In this document: piece after piece, positions 46,210 to 59,859 of the stretch
Numbering within the stretch: position 1 is the stretch's first letter
Layout of the letters: every line of letters starts with the position of its first letter
Source: TPA_inf: Saccharomyces
Taxonomy: Eukaryota
DNA: 64,000 nt
Assembly: GCA_000146045.2 (NCBI GenBank)
Contig: BK006948.2
Coordinates: 608,001 to 672,000, forward strand
Direction: 5' to 3'
The notes under the pieces: generated by a model
Told to the model about the DNA's origin: nothing
The model's input: only the letters and a program-made list of their open reading frames with translations
Database searches by the model: none
Program-made: the position numbers and the translations under genes

Positions 46210-48570
46210 ATGAGTAAGCGGGGTAGTTTACAGGATAGAGCTTCCCCATCGGAGGAAACTGTAAAGAAGGCGCAGAAGAGACGGAAACCAATAAAGTCAT
46301 GCGCTTTTTGTAGGAAAAGGAAATTACGTTGCGACCAGCAGAAGCCAATGTGCTCAACTTGTAAGACGAGGGGTCGTTCTGGTTGCCTGTATACAGAGAA
46401 ATTCACCCACAAAATAGAAACAAAAGAGTTATTTGGCAGTACTCCGAACATTGAACTGTTGAAAAGGATTGAGGATTTAGAGAAAAGACTAGATGACAAA
46501 GAGTTGACGGAGAAGGATGTAGCGCTTAGTACGAGCCCATTTAGGAACCCTTACGCTAATTTTTACTATTTACAATGTAAAGGCTCGGGAAGAAGAATAG
46601 TATATGGTCCTACATCTTTGAGAACGCATCTCTCAAACGATGATAATCGGTTTGTAAACACGTATAATCAGCTCTGGTCCAAAGTGAAAATCGAGAGAAA
46701 CAGATGGAAGGCTAGGCATAAATGGACAATGAAGCCAGAAACTCAACTCCTAGAGGGACCGCCGTTAGAAAAGACAGGCTCTGACATCTTGCAACAGGTT
46801 TGTAACGTTTTGCCATCTTTTGAACAATCGTCAAAGATTATAACAGACTTTTTCAATACTGAACTGGAAACTAATGAAGTTAGTGAAGTATTAGATAAAA
46901 CCAAAATAATAAACGATTTCACTTCCTCGTTTCTTCCAAGTGACGAACTGTTACCCAACGGTGAAAGGCGGATTGAAAAGTTATTACCATCGACAAAGAA
47001 AAACTATTATAAGATTGGAGTTATTTTGATGATACTGTGTATTCGCCATTTCTACAAAAATACTCCGGAAGAGATAGAGAAATTTCTCATCATGCTGACG
47101 GGACTGTCAACAGCTAAAGTATATTTCATTGAACGCGCTCAATTTCTCTTATTGAAATACTATCATCGAGAACTAATTTGGGCGTGTGGAGACGATTCGC
47201 ATATGATTAGTCTAGTTGACTTATTATGCAGCACGGCAATTATGCTGGGTTTACACTTGAATATAAGAGAAATATACAAAAATCAAGAAAATATTGTGGG
47301 GAGTATGGAAAGTTTGGAAAATTTGTGGGTTTGGATTATATTATCAGATTTCAATGTTTCTTTAAATATTGGGAGATGTTTGGCGATTAACTCATCCTAT
47401 TTTCAAGTCGATGAATGCGAGAATGGTGAGAGGTTGCCTAAAAATACAAACAATTATTCATCGACGGTTTTTTTCGATCAGTCAAATTCCTGCATGGGCA
47501 AGCTTAAAAGGTTTTTAAGATTAGCTCGACCAATGCTAGATCAAATTTATGATAGAAGCGCATTTCCAGACTTAGCCGAAAATTGTAAAAAACTAAGAAA
47601 CTTTGTAGAGACTGAATTCCACCCAATATCATATTACACTGACAGTGAGTTAATATCTAAAGTTCCTTTGTGCGAGATTAAAGTGCTTGCGCAGGTTTTG
47701 AATTTGTTGTTGACGTTTTATTCCTTGAGGTATTTGATTTACAAGGAAAAAAGCGTTGTTTTAGAGAACAACATCCTGCAAACCATTTTGGTCTCTTTTT
47801 CCCTTGTCATCAATACGACCATACTGTGTTTTAACCTAGATGAGAAGCATTTTCCTGAGTTTTTTGATCATAATTGCGTTCATTTACCGCCATTTATGGC
47901 CTTGTCTTTAGTATACACAAATTTCCTTTTTCCTAGGGCCTCTACTGGCTTTTGTGCGTTTTTGTATCATAAGTTAACTCTTTTTGAGAAGGGCTATTAT
48001 CTATCATCCAACATCAAAGATCAAGAAGTCACAGATTGGGATTTGTCAACCTTGAATATCCCGTTGGATAAAGCTATGAACTTACTTACTGCTTTCAAAA
48101 TACATTCAGATATATTTGCTAAATGGTCTAATGATAACAACAAGCAGTTAAGAATTATTATGGCTCGCTCTTATACATTTGTTATCAACATCGCCCTGGA
48201 AAGCATATATAGAGCTGTTTTGGAAAAAGTAATCAAATATAGAACCGAGGTCGAAAACACATGGTTACAACAACTCCAAGACGAATTGAATGGGTCCTAT
48301 TCGCTCACTGACAATGTAAATACTCCAATCGATCCCAGTTTAAGTGACCTGGGCGTCACAAGCGCCAGTCCATTGGCGGGAAATTCTCCAGGATTACCCC
48401 CGGAGGAAGTGCGAAATAACAGCGAAAACGCTTCGCATAACAATGAAACTGGGCCAATTGAGACTGAACTGGCACAGACAATATCCAACGAATTTTGGAC
48501 GGCGTACAACCTTGGCTGGGAGGAACTAATGAGTCAGCCAGATTATAAATATTTATTTGATACGCAGTAG
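46210..48570 (+). CDS. YRM1: Zn2Cys6 zinc-cluster transcription factor, paralogue of Yrr1 (786 aa from the first ATG)
   Basis: The track ORF begins at a TTG at 46204; the first ATG is at 46210, giving 786 aa. Zn2Cys6 motif CAFCRKRKLRCDQQKPMCSTCKTRGRSGC. Similar to YRR1 along its whole length. Confidence 0.85.
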   Translation: MSKRGSLQDRASPSEETVKKAQKRRKPIKSCAFCRKRKLRCDQQKPMCSTCKTRGRSGCLYTEKFTHKIETKELFGSTPNIELLKRIEDLEKRLDDKELTEKDVALSTSPFRNPYANFYYLQCKGSGRRIVYGPTSLRTHLSNDDNRFVNTYNQLWSKVKIERNRWKARHKWTMKPETQLLEGPPLEKTGSDILQQVCNVLPSFEQSSKIITDFFNTELETNEVSEVLDKTKIINDFTSSFLPSDELLPNGERRIEKLLPSTKKNYYKIGVILMILCIRHFYKNTPEEIEKFLIMLTGLSTAKVYFIERAQFLLLKYYHRELIWACGDDSHMISLVDLLCSTAIMLGLHLNIREIYKNQENIVGSMESLENLWVWIILSDFNVSLNIGRCLAINSSYFQVDECENGERLPKNTNNYSSTVFFDQSNSCMGKLKRFLRLARPMLDQIYDRSAFPDLAENCKKLRNFVETEFHPISYYTDSELISKVPLCEIKVLAQVLNLLLTFYSLRYLIYKEKSVVLENNILQTILVSFSLVINTTILCFNLDEKHFPEFFDHNCVHLPPFMALSLVYTNFLFPRASTGFCAFLYHKLTLFEKGYYLSSNIKDQEVTDWDLSTLNIPLDKAMNLLTAFKIHSDIFAKWSNDNNKQLRIIMARSYTFVINIALESIYRAVLEKVIKYRTEVENTWLQQLQDELNGSYSLTDNVNTPIDPSLSDLGVTSASPLAGNSPGLPPEEVRNNSENASHNNETGPIETELAQTISNEFWTAYNLGWEELMSQPDYKYLFDTQ

Positions 48571-49103
48571 AGGAGAAGTTCTTTTACAAAAAAACATGCT
48601 TGCGACAGCAGCTAGATAGAAAACTTGCATATTGTAATGGAAGACAGTCGAGAGCAAGCCATTGGCTTGGACTTGCGCTTGGACCTATCTTTCGGACCAA
48701 CTATTTAATGATTAGTAAGACAAAAATGACATTTAAGCATCTATAAAATAAGAAAAATAAAAAAATGAAGGGAAAAAGCTAAACACTAACTTCTTGACCA
48801 AACAAACAAGGAAAAGCCAGTAATTGCGTGAACAAAAGGCACCTGCAATTGTTCTGATGGATGTACTTTGTCCAACCTATTCTGCAAGAAAAAGAAATCA
48901 ACTCCAAAGAAGTATGGAGCTTACTGGCACTCTAGCCTCCAAAAGCTGTTAAAGTGTTCATTCGATTGTCAAAAATCTTCCCCATAATAATCACCCACCT
49001 CAACAAAATACTTCCACTTAATTATTGATCGATTAGAGCTAGCGTCAGTGATTATATGCTAGTCCGAAAGGACAGCCCCATGACAGCGGCCGCGCAGACG
49101 CCT

Positions 49104-50325
<1,222 letters not shown>

Positions 50326-50746
50326 AGGTAGAAGAGCAGCACTATTTTTTCATGTGCTGAACTTCAGGAAGCGCCGGCTTATATAAATGTCTTATTTAAA
50401 TGTTTGTGTATACATCTCAATGGATTTTGAATTTTAACATAGAATGCGAATGCACAGTAACATAGTACATTCAGTTGCTATTTTCCGTATAAGCTTTCTT
50501 TCCCTTATAGCATACATAGCCTTTGACGTATTGCCAGCCTTTTCAAAGAAATGCGAAAAAATAGTGCATTACCACCTACGTAAGGTAGGCTGGAGAAAAA
50601 GATAAACTTTTGCATTCTCTGCTCACCATACCGCGAAGGAAAGTAGTTATAACGTGTCCCGTTTTCAACAAGGTTTTCTGGTATATTGTTAACGGTGGAG
50701 AAAGCATCTAGTATCAATTACTTCCAGAGTACACACAACGAATGTT

Positions 50747-51601
50747 ATGTCTGTCCAAGATACTAAAGCGGTAGAGTTTTCTATGGGTCACATCAGATCA
50801 TCCTCTGTATCCCTGGTAGCAGAGGCTACTTCAAACACGAATAGTGAAGACAAATTATCTAAGGTCCAACTCTACGAAGATTTGTGCCGGTACGAGGATA
50901 CATTGAGTAAGTTGGTGGAATCTGTAGATCGTTTCAAACCAAACCTTGATATTGCCAAGGATTTGATCAGAACTGATGAGGCCTTGTTTGAAAACGTCAA
51001 ACTGTTAGCTGAATATGACAATATCTACCGCAACTTACAGAAGATTGACAAAGACTCTGAAGAACTAGATTCTAAAACCAGGAAGATATTGGAAATTCTA
51101 AATGAATGTCATGACGAGTTAAAAGCACTACCGATGCTTGAACAAGTAGAGTTCGAGAAAAACACAATTTTACAGCAAAGATCGAAAATCAATTCGACAG
51201 AGTTGTTGGATTATGCCACCAAACTCTCCAAGTTTACCAAAATACCACCAACGTTCGACAAGGGAGCTGTGGGACCCAACAATTTTATATGGCCCGCAGA
51301 GGATGCCCTACGAAGAGGAATGCTTGCTATGGCCTCATTACATAGTAAAGAGCTAACTAGAATACCCGGTGAAGAAGTAGAAGAAACAGAAGTACCGACC
51401 GTACCGCCATCTCAAAGTGAAGAACAAAAAGGGCAGATGGCCAAGAAAGAAGGTACACCAAAGACAGACTCGTTTATATTTGATGGTACTGCTAAAGAAG
51501 TTGGTGATGAGGCAGACAATACCAAAGATAAAGAAAAGGAAGAAAATAATGATGATGCCCTAGATCTTGATCTTGATCTGTTTGATCCGGACGACTTCTA
51601 G
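50747..51601 (+). CDS. MED4: Mediator complex subunit 4 (284 aa)
   Basis: 284-aa ORF with ATG at 50747. Coiled-coil N-terminal half and an acidic C-terminal tail (DLDLDLFDPDDF). Matches YOR174W. Confidence 0.8.
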   Translation: MSVQDTKAVEFSMGHIRSSSVSLVAEATSNTNSEDKLSKVQLYEDLCRYEDTLSKLVESVDRFKPNLDIAKDLIRTDEALFENVKLLAEYDNIYRNLQKIDKDSEELDSKTRKILEILNECHDELKALPMLEQVEFEKNTILQQRSKINSTELLDYATKLSKFTKIPPTFDKGAVGPNNFIWPAEDALRRGMLAMASLHSKELTRIPGEEVEETEVPTVPPSQSEEQKGQMAKKEGTPKTDSFIFDGTAKEVGDEADNTKDKEKEENNDDALDLDLDLFDPDDF

Positions 51602-51814
51602 TTGCAGTGTCTTGAATCTCTTCCTCGTTAGGAATGAAGAAAAAAAAAAGTTAGACAATAATTCGTGTAGGTAAAAGCGTATATAAAATTACATATATAA
51701 TTTACTGCAATATGTCAAAGTGTATGAAAAACATTTGAAAGTAAGTTCCCACAGGAACTGGAAAATAAGACAACAAGACTGTGACTTCCACACGCATCTG
51801 TCGTTTTTGGCCAT

Positions 51815-53674
51815 CTACTCTTCCTTTTTTGAAATAGGCTTTGGTGAGTAACCACTAAAACTCATTTTTCTCACACGTTCACCTGATCCACTTGCAGCGT
51901 TAGAAAATTCCTGCTTGAATCTTTCAAAAGCTTTAGAAAGGTTTTCCTCTTCTATTTCAAGACCATTTTTATTTCTCCATTCTTTGTAATCTTTGCAGAA
52001 ATCTTCCCAATCTTCCTTAGCATTGTCCCACTTTTCTAACTCAATTGGTGGAATACCTAAGTTCATTTCTTCTTCTTCTGCTGTCTTTCCCTTTTCATGT
52101 TCAATCTTTGCCTTCAATATACCACCCAAGTTTGGAGAGCTTGCAGAAATATCTTTTTCCAACTTCTTTTGTTTTCTAATGAATATTTCTTTAGGTTGTT
52201 TGGATTTAAAAAATTCAGTAACTTGTTTAGCATATGGTCCTCTGAATAGGAAAAATGAGAAAGCAACAATAATATGAACATAGAAATAAACAGAGCCCCA
52301 TACCATTAAAGATGGCTTCAAATCAAGGATAATAAATGGTTGCACCATGTAACCAAATGCTAGTTTAATTGCATATATGCCAACTAAATCGTAGATTTTT
52401 TTAGAAGGCAAAGGAGTGACACCATCTTCTCGCAAGAAAATTGGTCTAAAATTGCGTCTGTAGATTTTACCACATGTTTGGTACAAAGCCCCTGTCGCAA
52501 AAGTCAGATAGTACCCAGGTCTGGTACCATGCCAAAATGCGGAAGTTAGGAAAGTAAACAAAGTTGAGCGGAAACCAGGTTTTTTGCCCTTCTTTGTGAC
52601 ACGTAAATAAACAGAGTATTTTAGCCACTTGTTAGTATTCATATTCCATGCTTCCAACATTTCACGCGTATTCTGCGCCGTTTCTACGGTCCAAATGTCA
52701 ATATTTCTGACACGATCCCATCTGATCTTTTGTGTCTTTGAATCATAACCATTATAACCCAAACCGCACAAAATACAAGATCCTTCCGAAATAGTCCAGG
52801 CAGCGTAGTACTTGAATCTATGGATGAAACCAAGCAAGAATAAGTAATGGATTCTGAATATAAAAGATCTCGTTGGGAAGCCATCTTTGTCCAAAACGTA
52901 TTTTACGGGGAAGTGCTTCATTCCTAGTGTACTTAAAATCATCCAAGCAAGACCTTGAACAACTTTCCATAATGCAAGTTTACCATTCTTTGGAATCTGT
53001 CTTCTTTCACCAGGGTGGTGTCTTCTCATAGGCTTTTTGCTTTCAGGCAAGTCACGGAACATCTCACAATTCAACCAGCTGTCAAAATCGGCATAATCGA
53101 AACTTGGGCCAGTTAGCAACGTTGAATAGAAAAATGCATATGCCAGGAACTTTAATAAGGGTGGATGACCTCTGACAGCACGAGATTTTTGATGCTCAGT
53201 CAAATCTTTGAAATCGCTTTCGCTAGTGCATGAACCATCATAGTACGACCATGCAAAAGAAGTTAGTTTCATGGCTAAAACCATTTGTGAACTTGTAATG
53301 TCAACGGTAGTTTGAGTCTGTTCGTTAAGGAATTGGGCGTGTATATGATTTATTGCCAAATGACCCATAACAAACATGAAATTCAAGTGTGGCATAAACT
53401 TGGAACGGTAAAATCTTGAGATCAAGTAAGTAAACATGGTACTAATAAACAGGGTCCTGAATCCACTTACTAGATTCAGCACACCGAATAAGTAAAACAT
53501 CGACATAGAAATGATAAAACAACATTTTAAACCTATACGCTTCTCGGGAATTCTCTTCAAAATAGCATTCAGTGGGAACGATCCCAATAAGCAGATAGCA
53601 TATCGCAGTGTAAAACTATCAATCCCATAGTTGGTAATTATCTTTGTTAAAACAGCGTCCACAGGATTGTACAT
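51815..53674 (-). CDS. ALE1: MBOAT-family lysophospholipid acyltransferase (619 aa)
   Basis: 619-aa polytopic ORF with ATG at 53672-53674. MBOAT signature region including the conserved His (FWHGTRPGYY). Lys/Glu-rich C-terminal tail. Confidence 0.85.
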   Translation of the reverse strand: MYNPVDAVLTKIITNYGIDSFTLRYAICLLGSFPLNAILKRIPEKRIGLKCCFIISMSMFYLFGVLNLVSGFRTLFISTMFTYLISRFYRSKFMPHLNFMFVMGHLAINHIHAQFLNEQTQTTVDITSSQMVLAMKLTSFAWSYYDGSCTSESDFKDLTEHQKSRAVRGHPPLLKFLAYAFFYSTLLTGPSFDYADFDSWLNCEMFRDLPESKKPMRRHHPGERRQIPKNGKLALWKVVQGLAWMILSTLGMKHFPVKYVLDKDGFPTRSFIFRIHYLFLLGFIHRFKYYAAWTISEGSCILCGLGYNGYDSKTQKIRWDRVRNIDIWTVETAQNTREMLEAWNMNTNKWLKYSVYLRVTKKGKKPGFRSTLFTFLTSAFWHGTRPGYYLTFATGALYQTCGKIYRRNFRPIFLREDGVTPLPSKKIYDLVGIYAIKLAFGYMVQPFIILDLKPSLMVWGSVYFYVHIIVAFSFFLFRGPYAKQVTEFFKSKQPKEIFIRKQKKLEKDISASSPNLGGILKAKIEHEKGKTAEEEEMNLGIPPIELEKWDNAKEDWEDFCKDYKEWRNKNGLEIEEENLSKAFERFKQEFSNAASGSGERVRKMSFSGYSPKPISKKEE

Positions 53675-54397
53675 GTTGGAAGCGATCAGCAGCAGAATTA
53701 AATCACCACGGTTTGTCTTGGCGTATGCGGTTTGTCTTCTTGCTTGACCTGTGCCTGTATTTTGTCCTTGGCTTTAAATCTGTTTAATAAGAACCCTTTA
53801 TTTAGATGACCATTGTTTTCGACGGTTTGTGGTTTCGACGCGCAATGTGAAAGATCTTCAATGTTTTGTTGAACAGTAAAGCAAAACAGCTCAACAGCAG
53901 GACAAAAAAAGCTAAAAAAGAACTCTTCGCACTTTTAACAAGCAGTTTTACTGAACAATTTTAGAAGTAAATTTCAGGAAGGTTCAACAGCTTTACATGA
54001 AAGAGGATGCTGGCCATTTTTTTTTTTTAAAAAAGTTTTTTATATACACAAACTCAGTAAAATAATTACAAATATGTAGCATGTGTAGGATGCCTTGAAA
54101 CATCTCCGCTGGCAATAGCCGTTAGACATGCCCAATCTTCAATGGTCACCGTAAGCCTTATATGACGAAGGAGTTGCTGCCCTTCGTTTTCTCATGCTGC
54201 TTTTTTTCGTAGGGGATATGGGATTGAAGAAGGAGGACGCGAAGGAATACTTTTGGTCGGTCAAGGTCACTCTTGGCTTGACACCAAACAAGCGTAAATT
54301 CTCGTGTTCCACTTGAGTCGGTTTACAAGAAGTACAGAAATATTTAACACATACCTGCTATTTGGACAAATTTAGCAGTAAAAAAAAGAACGTTTAA

Positions 54398-55582
<1,185 letters not shown>

Positions 55583-55811
55583 TAAGGGCCATTCATCCCA
55601 CAATCTCAATATCAGTATATTCTCTTATTTATTAATTGAGGTTGCGTATTTATGTTTTCTTTGTGGTATATAATATATCATTATTTATTGCATTTTAAAA
55701 CTTTTTTTTTCATTATTTTTCTCTGTTGAATGCAGTCAACATCTCCCTTAATATTCGATACTCATCTTTAATACTATCAGCAAAAAGTTTAAGATAAAAT
55801 ATTCTTAAAAA

Positions 55812-55885
55812 CGATTTCGCCCAGGATCGAACTGGGGACGTTCTGCGTGTTAAGCAGATGCCATAACCGACTAGACCACGAAACC
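55812..55885 (-). tRNA. tV(AAC): tRNA-Val, anticodon AAC
   Basis: Minus-strand read GGTTTCGTGGTCTAGTCGGTTATGGCATCTGCTTAACACGCAGAACGTCCCCAGTTCGATCCTGGGCGAAATCG, followed by TTTT as the Pol III terminator. Cloverleaf with anticodon loop CTTAACAC (AAC), an A-box in the D arm and a B-box GTTCGATCC. No intron. Confidence 0.93.
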
Positions 55886-55994
55886 ACTATTTGTTGAAAT
55901 CTTTAACAAGCGAGGAAACTTTAGTGAAATATTAAAAGGACTAAACCGGACCGGTTCTTCTATTTCTACATATCTAATCACCCAATGTAGTTTT

Positions 55995-56325
55995 TGAATA
56001 TTTGTGAATAGTTGGATAATTGTTGGGATCCCATTGTGCACAAAGGCCATAATATTATGTCTACAGAATATACTAGATGTCCTCCCTATAGGATATAGTA
56101 ATCCTCTAAATGGAACCGATATTTCTACATAATAATATTACGATTATTCCTCCTTCCGTTTTATATGTTTCATTATCCTAGCACACTATCAATCTTTGCA
56201 TTTCAGCTTCCATTAGATTTGATGACTATTTCTCAATCTTTATGTTATCTCCTTACGCCGCATGTGATAATATACTGCTAGTATGACTACTAGTTGATAG
56301 AAGATAGTTGATTTTTACTCCAACA
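55995..56325 (-). mobile_element. Solo Ty1/Ty2 delta LTR in minus orientation, diverged, about 330 bp
   Basis: The reverse complement aligns along its full length to the delta consensus, from TGTTGGAGTAAAAATCAACTATCTTCTATCAACTAGTAG at the 5' end to the 3' end at 55995. About 110 bp upstream of the 5' end of the tRNA gene. Confidence 0.8.
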
Positions 56326-56329
56326 AAAG

Positions 56330-56475
56330 TAACAATATTATTTAGAACTATAGATTCCATTTTGTGCATTCCCATATTCTCGAGGAAAACTTTTAGTATA
56401 TTCTGTAGACATAATATTATCGCCTTTGTGAACAATAGAATCCCAACAATTGTCGCAAATTTACCAATTTTCTAG
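56330..56475 (+). mobile_element. 5'-truncated delta LTR fragment (3' ~145 bp) in plus orientation, abutting the previous LTR head-to-head
   Basis: Matches the 3' half of delta (tagattccattttg...cctcgaggaaaactt..tagtatattctgtagacataatattatcgcctt...ggaatcccaacaatt). Confidence 0.7.
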
Positions 56476-56813
56476 ATTGCAGTCACCTTTTCAATTAATC
56501 ACTAGTGTTTCACTTGTAACATTGTCGTTGTTGTTTAACGTATTCTGTCCCGTGCCAACTATGACAAAAATGCAATGATTTCAGCGGTTAAATACGAAGC
56601 GCAACAAGAGTTAGCGAAAAATAAGTACCACCATTCTACGCTACCATTACTTACTGAAATTAGAGACAACTGTTATCTATTGGCAGATGTTCATACGGGG
56701 CTTTCAAATATTGATGAAATTATGTGATGTTTAGAAGAAGATTCGAACTGTTTTCAGTAGATTTGGTAACTGTGCAACCATAACTCATGCCATCTTTTGA
56801 CGTCATACATAGT

Positions 56814-57146
56814 TGTTGGAATAAAAATCAACTATCATCTACTAACTAGTATTTACGTTACTAGTATATTATCATATACGGTGTTAGAAGATGACGCAAA
56901 TGATGAGAAATAGTCATCTAAATTAGTGGAAGCTGAAACGCAAGGATTGATAATGTAATAGGACCAATGAATATTAACATATAAAATGATGATAATAATA
57001 TTTATAGAATTGTGTAGAATTGCAGATTCCCTTTTACGGATTCCTAAATCCTCGAGGAGAACTTCTAGTACATTCTACATACCTAATATTATTGCCTTAT
57101 TAAAAATGGAATCCCAACAATTATCTCAAAATTCACCCACTCTTCA
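56814..57146 (+). mobile_element. Intact solo Ty1 delta LTR (333 bp) with a 5-bp target-site duplication
   Basis: TGTTGGAATAAAAATCAACTATCATCTACTAACTAGTATTTACGTTACTAGTATATTATCATATACGG ... AATCCCAACAATTATCTCAAAATTCACCCACTCTTCA. Flanked on both sides by ATAGT (56809-56813 and 57147-57151). Confidence 0.92.
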
Positions 57147-57784
57147 ATAGTAATTCTATAACAACATCAATACTAGTCAATATACAGTAGTTGATTCTTA
57201 TTTCCCACCAGTGTAATCATTTTATTTTATTAAATCGTCCCCAACAAAAGTGGGCTCTCAAAATTCATCACATTTAAATGCATATAGGAAGAGCAACAGT
57301 TGGTTTGCATCTGATGTTCCTTAAAGATTTCGACATAATGTGCGAAGTAGATAAAATGGGTCATTTATTAATAGTTATTTCATTATTAACCAGTTGTGGT
57401 ACAAATGCAACTAAAGAAAAAAACTACTAAACTATCCGGGAAATGCGCCTTAGATTGCACTTCTTAATTCTTATTTTCGATTTTTATTTTTCCTTTGATA
57501 ATCATAAAGAGAAACGACGATCATTTCTAAAGCCATTTCTGCTAGTATACCGTTAAATAAGAAAAATAAAGCCAAATATTATAATTTTTCTAATGTGAAT
57601 CCATAAATATCAAAGCATGCAAAAAGGGAAAGAAGTAATGTCTTGGATTTATATAGCGTATTTGTCTAAGGGGAGCCAGCTTTAAGAAAAAAAAAAAGTA
57701 AAAAAAAATTCTTAAACATAATGTCTTTTTAATGTTTGTAGGTTAGGTTATAAACCTTAATTGTTTGGTAAGTGAACGAAATGC

Positions 57785-59179
57785 TCAATTTGTAACGTGT
57801 TCATTTTCTTTAAGTCTTGGTGAGTCAGTAACATACTTTATGCACTTTTTTGTCGCAATTGGATAACATTTACTATTTTTGTCCAGTGTTTTCATACTGC
57901 TTTCGATTAAGCAAAGTACATTATCAAGTGCCTCTGCCTCAGAACAAGAGGGGTCATTAATTTTGGAAGTCTGCAACTTTTGTTCCATAAACTCTTTGAC
58001 TTTGTGATAGCGATCCTTCAAATGGGCATCTTTCGGGCCTTCCTCTTGGATCATTGCAGTTGAGAAGCTGTTTTGAGCGGTAAATTGAGTCTGAAGCGAC
58101 CTCTCCAAATGTTCTATTTTTTTCATGCTCTTGTCAATAATAAAGTTCAATTTTTTGCATTCGTCCTCTTTTCTATTATACTCTTCCTTGACATGATTCA
58201 TGTATTTCTCTATATAGGTATATTTTTGAAAATATTGTTTCTCTTTCTGAGAGTAATGGGCCTTCTCTGCCTTTAAGTTATCGTTCATGTTTAATAAAAC
58301 TTTAATTTCATTCTTGAGTTTTTGCACCTCATATTCCTTTTGTTTCATTTGTTTGGAATAATCATCTTGCAACTCCTGAAACTCGTGACATAAACGCCTT
58401 CCACGTTCCTGGAGTTTATAATAATCCCTTCGCAAAATGTTGTTTGCCGTTTTTTCTTCAAGCAACTGTTGTTGTAAACTGTTGATGGAAATCTTATTAT
58501 CGTCAACTTCCTCTATTTCCTCAATGAAACTTTTGAGTGCTTCTGTTTCTTTCAGTTTGTTTCCATCGTCAGCTTGTCTCAAATTTTGCTTTGTGACCTT
58601 CAGCAAGTGATCGATTGCCATTTGAAGGCTTTTTTCATTAAGTTCTTTTTTTTCTAGCTGTTCATGGTAGTAAAGTGAATCTATTGCATTCTTGCTCCGT
58701 TCACACTCAGCTTTTCTGTTCGTTTCATGGGTTATCCCTACAGCAAGCGTTTCGAACGTCTGCGCCAAATCAGAAATACTATTTATGGATACATGCTTAG
58801 TTGGAATGTTACAAAGCGCATAGCAACGGTTAACCGCGTCATTGACCTCTTTCAGAGTTTCATTTTTCGATTCTAACTTAGTTTCATTATCAAAAGAATT
58901 CTTCGAAGCCCTTTTTCCCCTTGGTGACTTTAAGCTAGACTTGTTGGGGGTAATAGTGGTGCTTATCGATGATGGGATCGACCTTTTGACGGTGTTATTC
59001 TTGTTGATTTCATTTACTTTTTTTCTTTGATCAAAAATGTTAACATCATCATCACCAAACCTTACATTTGGCTTAGATGGTGTCATTTCTTTGTAAAATG
59101 AATCCTTGTAAGGGGAAATCGCGTGAGAATTGTTGTAATAATCCTCGAAGGAGTTGCTATAGCTTGTATCTTCTGGCAT
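57785..59179 (-). CDS. MPC54: Meiotic spindle-pole-body outer plaque component, coiled-coil (464 aa)
   Basis: 464-aa ORF with ATG at 59177-59179. Extended coiled-coil central region. Matches YOR177C. Confidence 0.7.
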   Translation of the reverse strand: MPEDTSYSNSFEDYYNNSHAISPYKDSFYKEMTPSKPNVRFGDDDVNIFDQRKKVNEINKNNTVKRSIPSSISTTITPNKSSLKSPRGKRASKNSFDNETKLESKNETLKEVNDAVNRCYALCNIPTKHVSINSISDLAQTFETLAVGITHETNRKAECERSKNAIDSLYYHEQLEKKELNEKSLQMAIDHLLKVTKQNLRQADDGNKLKETEALKSFIEEIEEVDDNKISINSLQQQLLEEKTANNILRRDYYKLQERGRRLCHEFQELQDDYSKQMKQKEYEVQKLKNEIKVLLNMNDNLKAEKAHYSQKEKQYFQKYTYIEKYMNHVKEEYNRKEDECKKLNFIIDKSMKKIEHLERSLQTQFTAQNSFSTAMIQEEGPKDAHLKDRYHKVKEFMEQKLQTSKINDPSCSEAEALDNVLCLIESSMKTLDKNSKCYPIATKKCIKYVTDSPRLKENEHVTN

Positions 59180-59554
59180 GGCCTTATACGAGAAGTTACA
59201 GAGACTAACAACTTATCTTAGTCAGTTCAGTCGTAAAATTAGAATAATGTTTATTAATTTGAAAAAAAAGCATTTTTATCACTCTTTAAATTGGCTGCTT
59301 TTATAGTAAGTTTCTCCTCTTTCGACAACTTATTTACTGGCACAATATGATAGAGCCGAGGGCGGCTAGAGATCAGGCGAAAATGTGTGGCTGGGCTTAC
59401 GTACACAAAAAATATTGGGGCCGCTCAAGAGCCCAAAAGTAATTACAGTCATGTTTTTTTATCAAAATAGCATCGAAAAAAAATTTAGGTAAGGCTTTAC
59501 AAAACACAACACTTGTAATTGTAGATAATCAATGTTATTTATTAATGATGAAAT

Positions 59555-59587
59555 GTATATATAGATATATATATATATATATATATA
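59555..59587. repeat. (TA)n dinucleotide microsatellite, about 12 perfect units plus imperfect flanks
   Basis: tatatatagatatatatatatatatatatatata, in the MPC54-GAC1 intergenic region. Confidence 0.9.
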
Positions 59588-59859
59588 AGTTAAACGCCAA
59601 ACTTGCTTCAATGTAATATAGTACCGATTCTTGGCTGAACTGAAGTGTGTGGTCGGTAAAACAACAGCGTAGATGCTTTTAAAAAAATTGTAGTATCACA
59701 GTTATATGTATAGCAAAGAAAAAGAGTCGCCTCTAAAAAAAAAAAAAAACTCCATAAAAACAACAAAAAGAGACGGACGCGGTTAACGAAGTAGTAACTT
59801 GATGAAAATGAATAAAAAAGAATAAAATTAACAAATAGAAAAGTTGAATCTTTTAAAAC

